Positions 1-7,247 of a DNA stretch of 44,882 bases are shown one piece after another (within the stretch, counting starts at the first letter, position 1; every line of letters starts with the position of its first letter). The translations under genes were made by a program, and so were the position numbers. Below the pieces are notes generated by a model, which saw only the letters and a program-made list of their open reading frames with translations, did not search any database and had not been told where the DNA came from. This DNA comes from a virus: IMG/VR virus record IMGVR_UViG_3300043742_000003, positions 1-44,882 of that record. The stretch is one strand, 5' to 3'.

Positions 1-127
1 CGCGGATGCCTGAGATTTTGTAGTGAGCCTTCAAGTATGCGACCACCTGCTCGGGCACTTGCCACTCGTGCTGGATCGCCTGGTTGTAGACTTCCGTTTG
101 CTCGTGGGTGCCGATTACAGGATCGTC
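1..127. repeat. Terminal direct repeat, copy 1 (identical to 44756..44882): circular-assembly overlap or terminal redundancy
   Basis: Bases 1-127 (cgcggatgcctgagattttgtag...ccgattacaggatcgtc) recur exactly at 44756-44882. The repeat lies inside a continuous minus-strand reading frame. Confidence 0.95.
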
Positions 128-1018
128 AGTGTGTCCCGGTCGTTTGCCAGAATTTTCTTCGGGCGGAATGACCGCTTTCGGAGGGCCCTGGGGTTTTGTA
201 GGTTTTGTCGGTTTGCCCTTCTTCTTGGCGTCGACTTCCGTCGTGGGTTCGATCGGTTTCGGTCCCAGGCCAAAGGCCTCGGCCGGCGTGGTGGTTCCTT
301 CCTTGATCGCGTTCGCGATGCCCTTCAGCGTCACGAGCTCGTCGGCGCCGATCTTCTTGACGCCGAGAGTCTTCAGGATTGCGGCTTCGCTCACGCCGAC
401 CTTCGAGAAATACTGAAGGGCAGCTTCGCGCCGATCGGCGACATCCGCGGCGATCGGCCTGGCCGCAACGAGCGCGCGTTCGTACAGCGGTCCCCAAAAC
501 ATTTTCGGAATGCCTTTGAGCACCGCGTTGCGGAATGCGATTCCCGCAGCCGCGGCGCCGGTCGTCCCGATCATGTCATCGTCGTAGCGCGTACCATCGC
601 GCCTGGTGATGCGGCGTTTGATCTCGAATGAGATTGCAACGTTTGTCTCGAGATCGTGGAACACGCCCTGGGCCACAACTTGCTTCTCTTCGGTGCCGAG
701 CACGCGCGCACCGACGCGGCAGTTGCGCCAGTTCTGGCTGACGATCTCCGCGAACCTGACCGAGGGGCCCTCGATCATTTTGCCGGCGCGCGGAATCGCG
801 TACATCATCGTCTCGGCCACCTGCTGATTCCTGGTGACCATTTCGGTTACCCCGGCAACGAAAACCTCCAGCTGCCGGGGATGCGCTTTTGCGGTAGTGA
901 TCTGAATGTCGATCTCGGCACGCGAGATCGCCAGCAGATCCGTCGGTGGAACCACTTCGATCATCGTCGAACCGGGACCAGGCTCAACGACGGCTGCTAC
1001 TTTTCTTTCGGGCATCAT
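1..1018 (-). CDS. Putative recombination / ssDNA-annealing-type protein, N-terminal and central part. It continues at 44691..44882 across the circular junction.
   Basis: Absent from the ORF track because it runs off the left edge. Hand translation of the minus strand from ATGATG at 1018/1015 (AAGGAG just upstream) gives MMPERKVAAVVEPG...MMYAIPRAGKMIEGPSVRFAEIVSQNWRNCRVGARV...GIAFRNAVLKGIPKMFW...HTDDPVIGTHEQ with no stop down to base 1. The frame is continuous with 44882->44691, for a total of about 360 aa. The functional guess rests on a general resemblance to phage SSAP-type proteins and on adjacency to an exonuclease. The CDS itself is solid; the function is weak. Confidence 0.6.
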   Translation of the reverse strand, partial: MMPERKVAAVVEPGPGSTMIEVVPPTDLLAISRAEIDIQITTAKAHPRQLEVFVAGVTEMVTRNQQVAETMMYAIPRAGKMIEGPSVRFAEIVSQNWRNCRVGARVLGTEEKQVVAQGVFHDLETNVAISFEIKRRITRRDGTRYDDDMIGTTGAAAAGIAFRNAVLKGIPKMFWGPLYERALVAARPIAADVADRREAALQYFSKVGVSEAAILKTLGVKKIGADELVTLKGIANAIKEGTTTPAEAFGLGPKPIEPTTEVDAKKKGKPTKPTKPQGPPKAVIPPEENSGKRPGHTDDPVIGTHEQTEVYNQAIQHEWQVPEQVVAYLKAHYKISGIR

Positions 1019-1187
1019 TCTCCTTTGCGAAATATTCTTCGAGGATTTCGACCACCGTCGGCCCATATGGGCGCCGCCGGCGTGTCGCTTCGAGCTTGAC
1101 CTTCTTCTCGAGAGCGGCCGTCATGTATACCGCAACATGCCAGCGATCGCGCACGAGATCATTGCTCCGATCGATTGTCTGATACAC
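984..1187 (-). CDS. Small hypothetical protein (67 aa), first leftward gene after the divergent control region
   Basis: Track ORF 984..1217. The likely start is GTG at 1187, preceded by AAGGAGGA. The sequence ..YQTIDRSNDLVRDRWHVAVYMTAALEKKVKLEATRRRRPYGPTVVEILEEYFAKE.. looks protein-like. It overlaps the start of the downstream gene. Confidence 0.5.
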   Translation of the reverse strand: MYQTIDRSNDLVRDRWHVAVYMTAALEKKVKLEATRRRRPYGPTVVEILEEYFAKENDARKKSSSRR

Positions 1188-1230
1188 GGTGCCTTCCTCC
1201 TTTGGGCAGGCGAACAACAGGCGAATTTTA

Positions 1231-1303
1231 TCACAGAGGACCTGTGAGAAGTCTTAGACGCTTCGCCTTCCCTTCGTCTTCCCATTCACAGATAAATCTG
1301 AGA
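1231..1303. promoter_or_regulatory. Operator-like inverted repeats in the divergent intergenic region (1188-1349)
   Basis: TCACAG-aggac-CTGTGA is a perfect 6+6 palindrome at 1231-1247. TCACAGA-taaa-TCTGAGA matches 6/7 at 1286-1303. Both sit between the leftward gene start (1187) and the rightward gene start (1350). Confidence 0.4.
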
Positions 1304-1349
1304 GGATCAGAGACCCCAGGCCCCCGCCCTGGCGAAAGGAGAAAGTCCG

Positions 1350-1571
1350 ATGAAAGTAGCAGCAAGAAGGAAAAGGGCCCTGGTCCTCGAGCCCTTCAAG
1401 CCGGGAGATGTTTACGGAACGCTGTGGTTTGGAAGGCGCATCGTTGCCGTGATCATCCCTGGCGATCTCATCAGGATCGCGAAGGCCTGCCACCTCGGCA
1501 AGCCGGCGATCGCCGCACTCCGCGCCGAGCTCCGCGAGTACTTCGCGGAGAACAGCGAGGTGAAGTCGTGA
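1350..1571 (+). CDS. Hypothetical protein (73 aa), first gene of the plus-strand cassette
   Basis: ATG preceded by a strong SD (cgAAAGGAGaaagtccgATG). Its stop overlaps the next start as GTGA. Confidence 0.7.
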   Translation: MKVAARRKRALVLEPFKPGDVYGTLWFGRRIVAVIIPGDLIRIAKACHLGKPAIAALRAELREYFAENSEVKS

Positions 1572-1822
1572 CAACTACCACCGACAACGTGATCGTGGAG
1601 CGCGCCGCGAAGAACCCCATCGCCGGCGTGCGCACGTTCTATGTTCCTTCCGATTCCGAGGAAGGCAAACTCTACCTGGTCGTCGAAGTGAAGCGCGACG
1701 GCAAGACCACCTACTACTGCCAGTGCAGCGACTTCTTCTCTCGCCGGCTTCCGTTCATCGGCACCAATCTCTTCTCCCTCTGCAAGCACGGCGCAGCGGT
1801 GAAAGAGCGGGTGAGCCGGTGA
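1568..1822 (+). CDS. SWIM-type zinc-finger protein (84 aa)
   Basis: GTG start overlaps the upstream stop, with GAGGTGA as SD. The CxC-x19-CxH signature is present (YYCQCSDFFSRRLPFIGTNLFSLCKHG). Confidence 0.65.
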   Translation: MTTTTDNVIVERAAKNPIAGVRTFYVPSDSEEGKLYLVVEVKRDGKTTYYCQCSDFFSRRLPFIGTNLFSLCKHGAAVKERVSR

Positions 1823-2034
1823 GACACAAAGCCGAGAATCCGTTTCCGAAACTCTGCCCGAGCGGAAACATCATCGTCAACGAGCGCTGCTTCTGCGGTT
1901 GCGTGCGCAGCGATCACCTCGACACAGTTGCATACGGACATGGCGCCTGCACCAACTGCGGCGGCTGCCAGAAGTACACCTTCAAGTCCTTCGTCATCGT
2001 GGAGCGCGCCGCGGTCCAGGGCGGTGTAAATTGA
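1819..2034 (+). CDS. Cys/His-rich small protein (71 aa), probable zinc-binding
   Basis: In-frame GTG at 1819 overlaps the upstream TGA as GTGA. The protein contains CPSG..CFCGC..H..H..CTNCGGC. Confidence 0.55.
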   Translation: MRHKAENPFPKLCPSGNIIVNERCFCGCVRSDHLDTVAYGHGACTNCGGCQKYTFKSFVIVERAAVQGGVN

Positions 2035-2309
2035 CGAACCTCTTCGCAATCACCGTCCACTTCAACGACGCAAACGCAACACCGATTCGCGATTGGGATT
2101 GGGTTGCCTACGTTGCCGGCCAGGAAGAAAACCCGGAGCTCTACGCTTACGGCGCCACCAAGGAAGAGGCGCTCGAGCAGTTGGGCTTCGCCATCGTCGA
2201 GCACGTCGATGATCACATCTACGATCTCGCCGAACAGCACAAGATCAGCCAGGAGACCGCGGACGAGTGCTTCGTCGACATCGACGGTCTCACCTATCTG
2301 CCCTATTGA
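2031..2309 (+). CDS. HicB-like / UPF0150-fold small protein (92 aa)
   Basis: TTG at 2031 overlaps the upstream TGA as TTGA, and there is no ATG in frame. The sequence FAITVHFNDANATPIRDWDWVAYVAGQEENPELYAYGATKEEALEQLGFAIVEHV fits the HicB N-terminal pattern (beta strands, then G.T.EEAL....AI). Confidence 0.5.
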   Translation: MTNLFAITVHFNDANATPIRDWDWVAYVAGQEENPELYAYGATKEEALEQLGFAIVEHVDDHIYDLAEQHKISQETADECFVDIDGLTYLPY

Positions 2310-2354
2310 GGTGCAGTGTCCTGGTCTCCCTGGAGGCCAGGGCGAAGTACCTCA
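2307..2354 (+). other. Intergenic stem-loop inside the plus-strand cassette
   Basis: Outer arms TGAGGT (2307-2312) and ACCTCA (2349-2354) enclose CCTGGTCTC-cctg-GAGGCCAGG (2320-2341). No T-tract follows. Confidence 0.4.
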
Positions 2355-2377
2355 GTCCGAATCGAAAGGAGAAAGCA

Positions 2378-2746
2378 GTGGGAGATCTGATCAAGAAAAT
2401 CTACACGTTCGATTGGGAGCGCGAACACGCGACCAAGACCGTGAAGATCAACCGCAACCGCAACCAAAACGAGGAGACGCTGCGCTACTACGCCTGGCGC
2501 CATTTCCTCGAGTACGAAGTTGCCAAAATGACAGGTCGCTTCGAGGTCGAGGTCGACGTCGACGCGATCATCCAGCATGTTGTCGCCGCCGCGGCGCACG
2601 CCAAGAGCGGGAAGAGCGAGCAGTTCCACGGCTACATCAAAGCCAAGGCCATCACGCGCACAGTGATCTCGAAGCGCACCAGGACCAATCCGATTCCTGA
2701 AGGTTGTATTGAAATACCGGAGACGGAGAAAGGAGGGAAAAGCTAA
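2378..2746 (+). CDS. Hypothetical protein (122 aa)
   Basis: GTG at 2378 is preceded by cgAAAGGAGaaagca. The upstream part of track ORF 2267..2746 lies in the hairpin region. Confidence 0.6.
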   Translation: MGDLIKKIYTFDWEREHATKTVKINRNRNQNEETLRYYAWRHFLEYEVAKMTGRFEVEVDVDAIIQHVVAAAAHAKSGKSEQFHGYIKAKAITRTVISKRTRTNPIPEGCIEIPETEKGGKS

Positions 2747-3138
2747 TGGGGATTCGTATCGCGAAGTTTGATGGCGAGGATCGTTGGATTTGCTACGCGA
2801 GCGCAACCGACGCTTGCTACGAACCGATCTTCCTCGACGAGCTCTCGGCCTGGCTGTATGCACACGTTGTCACCGTGCGCCACAGCCTGGTGCTCGAGCA
2901 TCCCGAGTACGCGATCGGCGAAGAAGTGCAGAAGTTTGTGAAGCTGACTTACGGCAACACAGACGAGTTCGCCGAGGGCGATGTCTACCTCGACGATGTA
3001 GCGAGCATCACAGCCGGCAGGATCGGCACATTCGGCACAACGCGCGGCGACGAGATCATGGAAGAGCTCGAGCGCGCGTACTTCACCTGGCGGAAAGATC
3101 AGAGCCAGGTGCCACCGCAGCGAGTGGAGGCAAAATGA
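2746..3138 (+). CDS. Hypothetical protein (130 aa)
   Basis: ATG overlaps the upstream TAA as TAATG, with AAGGAGGG as SD. Confidence 0.7.
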   Translation: MGIRIAKFDGEDRWICYASATDACYEPIFLDELSAWLYAHVVTVRHSLVLEHPEYAIGEEVQKFVKLTYGNTDEFAEGDVYLDDVASITAGRIGTFGTTRGDEIMEELERAYFTWRKDQSQVPPQRVEAK

Positions 3139-3218
3139 AACGCCTGCGCTCTTATCGCCGCCGGATCCGCGCGTGGCTGCGCGGAGACTGGCCCTTCGAG
3201 GCTACCTGGTATGTCTAA
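3135..3218 (+). CDS. Possible 27-aa basic micro-protein (MKRLRSYRRRIRAWLRGDWPFEATWYV)
   Basis: ATGA overlap with the upstream stop. A GGAGG SD sits 5 nt upstream. The ORF overlaps the next ATG at 3211 and is too short for the track. Confidence 0.4.
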   Translation: MKRLRSYRRRIRAWLRGDWPFEATWYV

Positions 3219-3405
3219 GGATGGCTTCCTTCGCATTCACGCTTCGCCGAAATTGCGGCGCGTGATGAAACTGCTAGGGGCGGAAAGATTCCGCCCCTGC
3301 AGCAATCCAGACCTCGTGGACATTAAGCTGCCAGACGGCGAATGGCTGCGACTCAGCATGAAGAAGATCGAGAATCGAGAGGACGATCCGAGGGCCGACT
3401 CATGA
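3211..3405 (+). CDS. Hypothetical protein (64 aa)
   Basis: Track ORF. It is part of the overlapping gene chain. Confidence 0.55.
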   Translation: MSKDGFLRIHASPKLRRVMKLLGAERFRPCSNPDLVDIKLPDGEWLRLSMKKIENREDDPRADS

Positions 3406-3629
3406 CTTGGGAACCTATTCACAACTGCGACAGCTGCGGCACGCCGTGGGGAGTCGCCAAGGTGTGGGAAGGCTACGTCACGCCGTATCCCGATGTGGCG
3501 CCGACGTACCGCGAATGGGAAGAGCTCTGGCTCTGCCGCGAGTGCGAGGCGTTGCGCCACCCAAAGCCAGACTTCAAGCTCACGCCACCGCCTGACGACA
3601 CGCCGCCCGATGAGAAGTGTCCGTTCTGA
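3402..3629 (+). CDS. Zinc-ribbon-like small protein (75 aa), last gene of the cassette
   Basis: ATG at 3402 overlaps the upstream stop as ATGA. The protein has paired CxxC motifs (CDSC ... CREC). Confidence 0.6.
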   Translation: MTWEPIHNCDSCGTPWGVAKVWEGYVTPYPDVAPTYREWEELWLCRECEALRHPKPDFKLTPPPDDTPPDEKCPF

Positions 3630-3673
3630 AAGGAGGTGCAGCGACGGCTAGTTAAACAACGTTCCACCGAACG

Positions 3674-3706
3674 AAGCCGCGGATCCCGTTCCGCGGCTTT
3701 TTTTAT
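3674..3706. terminator. Intrinsic terminator between convergent genes (best in the plus orientation)
   Basis: AAGCCGCGG-atcccgtt-CCGCGGCTT is followed by a T7 run. It lies between the plus cassette end (3629) and the minus gene end (3703). Confidence 0.75.
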
Positions 3707-3933
3707 TCGACGTCTTCCGCTTTGACCGTCTTTCCAACCCAGTCGGCCGGCGGCACATCGACGCCGGGCGGCGCGATGACCGGCTCGACAACCAAATGCG
3801 CTTCCTGCAGCCAGTACTCTTTCGAGGGAGATTCCTCTGTTTCAACAAGCACAGAAACACGACCAGACGGCGTGTCCGTCACGCAATCTTTTACGACACC
3901 GACGAGCTTCACGCGATCACCAGGGTTGAACAT
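3703..3933 (-). CDS. Hypothetical small protein (76 aa)
   Basis: ATG with a GGAGGA SD (ggaggacaaATG). The protein MFNPGDRVKLVGVVKDCVTDTPSGRVSVLVETEE.. looks like a small beta-barrel. Confidence 0.65.
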   Translation of the reverse strand: MFNPGDRVKLVGVVKDCVTDTPSGRVSVLVETEESPSKEYWLQEAHLVVEPVIAPPGVDVPPADWVGKTVKAEDVE

Positions 3934-3950
3934 TTGTCCTCCAAAAAATT

Positions 3951-3985
3951 TGGGGAGCAGAAGAGTCCGAAACTCCTGCTCCCCA
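3951..3985 (-). terminator. Hairpin followed by a U-run in the minus orientation; possible end of the long leftward late transcript
   Basis: TGGGGAGCAG (3951-3960) and CTGCTCCCCA (3976-3985) form a perfect 10-bp stem. In the minus sense it is followed by AAAUUUUUU, then the SD of gene 3703..3933. Confidence 0.4.
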
Positions 3986-4076
3986 GTACAGCCACGCCGA
4001 TGTGTCCTCGAAAGGAGAAAGACACATCAAAAGCCTAACACGTCTGCTACACTCGAACTCGAAAGGAGAAAGTCCG

Positions 4077-4238
4077 ATGACAAAGGTCATCTACAAAGGC
4101 CAGATCCCGCCCGATGATCCGCGTTACAAGGAACCCTACGCGATCGTCGTGCAGCCGAGCGAAGCCGAAATCCAGAAGGCGATCGCAGATCTGAAGGCGG
4201 AAGGAAAGTGGACGCCTAGGGATAAGGCCAAACAGTAA
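4077..4238 (+). CDS. Hypothetical small protein (53 aa)
   Basis: An internal ATG of track ORF 4002..4238 is preceded by the same 21-nt leader as gene 1350 (cgaaaggagaaagtccgATGa). The gene is convergent with the 969-aa gene. Confidence 0.55.
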   Translation: MTKVIYKGQIPPDDPRYKEPYAIVVQPSEAEIQKAIADLKAEGKWTPRDKAKQ

Positions 4239-4261
4239 AACCGAGAGGCGTCCAGAGCGCC

Positions 4262-7171
4262 TCACGGTCCTCGATATTTCCCCAAATACTTTTCCAAGAT
4301 CTCGCGAATTTCCGGCTTGTATTGATTGCGCACACGCTCGACGAGTCCAGGCTTGCCGCGCTGCTCCATGATCGCCTCGTACTGCTCGCCGGCGGGATGC
4401 GCCTGCCAATTGTTTCCAATCATGCGCGCATCGGCTGGACCGTGCGCCCACTCGATCGTGTCGATGCCCACAGCTTCTCCCGCACGCGCGATCGCTTGGC
4501 CGATGGCTTCAATGCTAGCGCCGCTTGTGAGTCCGAGATGGCCGCCAATCCTTACGATGCGAATGCCATTCACCTCTCCTCGCACCGGCTGGAAACCTTG
4601 GGCCTGCGGAAAATGCTCTCTGAACTGAGCCCAAAATTTCACGGCGTTGTTGTGACTGCGCAAAAGATCGCTGCCGATTTCTCTGAGCTCGAGGAAGTGA
4701 CTGCCGGCACTCATTTGCGGCTTTGTCTGAAGTACCGAGCCCTGCTCGAAGATCTGACCGGCGAGCGCTGCTAGCCGTGCGCCGGCTGCGCGCGAACCGA
4801 GCAGATCGTGGACGACGCTCGGTGTGATCTCACCCTCGAATCCGCCAGGACCGATGAAGTGCCCGAGTTGTTTGCCGCCGGCTTCTTCGCGCAGGATCTC
4901 CAAGAACCGCGGCATCACTGCGCGCGTTACCGCGGCCTGTTCCCGCGGCGACATCTCGTTCCACACTGGTCCCCAAAATTGCCCGTAAGGAGAATTCGCA
5001 GTCGGCTTCACTTCAAACGCCGTGCGCCGAGTGTTCTCCGCGATCATCTGCGCCGGCAGCTGCATGTTGCGATCCATCGAGCGACCGAATGCGCCCCACT
5101 GTTCCGACTGCACCATGGAAGCGAGCAAGTTCTGATCGTCACCGCTGCGGATGTACTCATCCTTGACCGCGTTGTACACCTCATTCGCGCGCTCGTATTG
5201 ATAGCGATCGGGCACGCCGCCAGAAACAGATCGCCCTTCCTTCGCGCTCGGCGATTTCAGATCGACTATCCATCGCTTCGCTTCTTCGGGCCCCCACTTC
5301 TCGCGAATAAAATTGAGCAGCGGCTCGTCGACATAGCCGACTGCGCGCAGTGCGTGCGTGTCGCCGGCAGACGGCTGGAGGCCTCGCGGATCGCGGCCCA
5401 TAAAGGTGCGCGTCGTCACACCGGAAATCGAGTCCGCCATATCGTGGATCTTTCGACCGGCGCCGCTCGTGGGCGTTTTTCCTTCGAGCGCCTCGCGGAT
5501 CTGCTTCACGCCCATTGCTGGCTTGTCTGGAGGAAAGCCCTCGTGAATATCTAGGACCTTCAGCAGCTGATTCATGCCAGGAACGGGTCCGCCTTTTCTC
5601 TGCGTCAGCGACAATGCAGGCGTGATGCGATCCGTTTCGCCGCGGAAGTTTTCGACGAGTGCTTTGCGCCAATCCTCCCAAAAGGTGCGCCACTTGGGAG
5701 CATCCGGCAGCCACTGCTTCTTGCGCTCATCGAAGATTTCTTTGATCTGCTTGGGCGGCACCTTGCTCATATCGGCGATGCCGCCGAATGCGTGACGTTC
5801 GCCGGTTTCGGGATCGATGAGGATTCTCAGCGGATTCACCGGCAGGCCGCGCTCGTCCTGGTCCTCTTTCACTTCGACCTCGCGCCTTGCTGTGCGCGGA
5901 TCGACCATCGGCTCGAATGGCCGCTCGCCCTTGATCGCGAATGGAATCTGCTGCACCGGCGGCCCGATTTGATGTTCGCCAAGAACTTGCACCACCCACC
6001 CACGCCGCGGCGGCACAAGTTTCGCGAGCTTCGTCATCGCCTGGTTGAGCGACTTCGCAGTAACGACGCGATGGGTGATGGCGATGCCGGTGCGCTGATC
6101 GCGGATCAAAAGCGAAAAGTCGATGTCTGGAGCTTTGAAGGGTTTTAGCGGCGTCCGTACTGGAGGTAGTCCAGCACCCGCTGGCGCATTTCCGCCTTGT
6201 CCTCCGGCGACAGCTTGCGGATTGCCTCCGCTGCCTTGCGCAGGAACTCCTGGCGCGTTACCACTGAGGACGCCGGGGAGCTCGATTTGTTGGGGTTGCT
6301 GTTGTTGTTGCTGTTGTCTTGCTGCATCTCGTAACGCCCTCGCGCGTGCGTTGATTTTATCGATCCGGTTCTGTGAGAACAAATGCTCTGCCGGCAGATT
6401 TTCTTCGCGCTTCCTGGCCTCTTCTCGGACGAGATCGGCGAGGCCGGGAATCGAATTGATTTCCGCGATCACGCGAGCCACTCCTGCGTCCCAAAGCGCC
6501 TGCATCTGGTCGGGATAGGTGAATCCCATCGCGTCGAAAACATCGGCGGCACCTCGCATGTCGCCGCCCATGCCGGGATTTTGATGAGCAGGAATCCCGT
6601 TGACCACCTCATTCATCGCGGCGCCGGCAACCCCCAAATTGATCAGCACCTCGGGCTCTGCTCTCACCTTGGCCGCATCGAGATTTCCCTGCGCGTCGAG
6701 GAACCGCGACATGTCGACGAGCGTTGCGCCGCGACTGCCAGGATTCAGTTCTCGATGCAAATGGGTGACCATGCCGGTGACCGGGAGATCGCCAAAGTGC
6801 GCGAAGATATTGTGGCCGAGCTCGTGAACGTTTAGCACGAACGCCATCTTGCTTGGCGTCGTTATTCCGACCTGACGTTCTGAAGGTCCGATGTGAGATC
6901 TCGGCTGCGGCATATTGCGCTGCCAGGGAATCTGCCTGGTCTGTTGCTGCGCGAGCCGCGGAATGTCTTCGGGCTTCACGCCGTCGCGAATCATCTGATC
7001 GATGAGATCCTGCCGCGCAACTTGTTCGGGCCCGAGCGCAGCGCGCGATCCGACGTGCTTCTGTCCGAGATCGATGCCGGCGTTAATTGCAGCCTGGCGG
7101 ATCTCCCAGTTCTTCAGATCGTGAACCGCCTGCATCACCTCGAGCGGGACGCCGGCGCGGCCGAGCTCCAC
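4262..7171 (-). CDS. Large virion-associated (putative ejection/internal) protein with an HExxH zinc-metallopeptidase motif and a poly-Gln tract (969 aa)
   Basis: Uninterrupted 2.9-kb ORF and the last gene of the structural operon. AFVLNVHELGHNIFAH (HELGH encoded at 6812-6826) matches the F.L.HELGH...H signature of ImmA/IrrE-type (M78-like) zincins. QQQQQQQPQQ is followed by a Gly/Pro-rich linker. Confidence 0.6.
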   Translation of the reverse strand: MELGRAGVPLEVMQAVHDLKNWEIRQAAINAGIDLGQKHVGSRAALGPEQVARQDLIDQMIRDGVKPEDIPRLAQQQTRQIPWQRNMPQPRSHIGPSERQVGITTPSKMAFVLNVHELGHNIFAHFGDLPVTGMVTHLHRELNPGSRGATLVDMSRFLDAQGNLDAAKVRAEPEVLINLGVAGAAMNEVVNGIPAHQNPGMGGDMRGAADVFDAMGFTYPDQMQALWDAGVARVIAEINSIPGLADLVREEARKREENLPAEHLFSQNRIDKINARARALRDAARQQQQQQQPQQIELPGVLSGNAPGVPAQGSGGNPQAVAGGQGGNAPAGAGLPPVRTPLKPFKAPDIDFSLLIRDQRTGIAITHRVVTAKSLNQAMTKLAKLVPPRRGWVVQVLGEHQIGPPVQQIPFAIKGERPFEPMVDPRTARREVEVKEDQDERGLPVNPLRILIDPETGERHAFGGIADMSKVPPKQIKEIFDERKKQWLPDAPKWRTFWEDWRKALVENFRGETDRITPALSLTQRKGGPVPGMNQLLKVLDIHEGFPPDKPAMGVKQIREALEGKTPTSGAGRKIHDMADSISGVTTRTFMGRDPRGLQPSAGDTHALRAVGYVDEPLLNFIREKWGPEEAKRWIVDLKSPSAKEGRSVSGGVPDRYQYERANEVYNAVKDEYIRSGDDQNLLASMVQSEQWGAFGRSMDRNMQLPAQMIAENTRRTAFEVKPTANSPYGQFWGPVWNEMSPREQAAVTRAVMPRFLEILREEAGGKQLGHFIGPGGFEGEITPSVVHDLLGSRAAGARLAALAGQIFEQGSVLQTKPQMSAGSHFLELREIGSDLLRSHNNAVKFWAQFREHFPQAQGFQPVRGEVNGIRIVRIGGHLGLTSGASIEAIGQAIARAGEAVGIDTIEWAHGPADARMIGNNWQAHPAGEQYEAIMEQRGKPGLVERVRNQYKPEIREILEKYLGKYRGP

Positions 7172-7247
7172 ACCATTCGCGTGGACGATCTGGCGAACGT
7201 TTTTGTCGGTGAATTCCTGTCGGAGAGCTTCGCGATCGGGCGCGAGC

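Noticed and set aside
23-1099. Plus-strand ORFs 23..631, 108..416 and 656..1099, and minus ORF 126..497
   Set aside because: They lie opposite or out of frame to the junction-spanning minus-strand gene, whose translation is clearly protein-like and has an SD. These frames give Arg/Leu/Gly-rich nonsense.
2031-2309. HicB-like ORF as part of a HicAB toxin-antitoxin system
   Set aside because: There is no HicA-like partner (small basic dsRBD-like protein with a conserved His) adjacent, and no C-terminal DNA-binding domain on this protein. It is treated as a stand-alone HicB-fold protein.
6280-6335. CAA/CAG-rich simple repeat (gttgctgttgttgttgctgttg on the plus strand) as a microsatellite or slippage site
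   Set aside because: It is in frame and encodes the poly-Gln tract of the 969-aa protein. The codons are mixed CAA/CAG rather than a pure repeat, so it is probably just low-complexity coding sequence.
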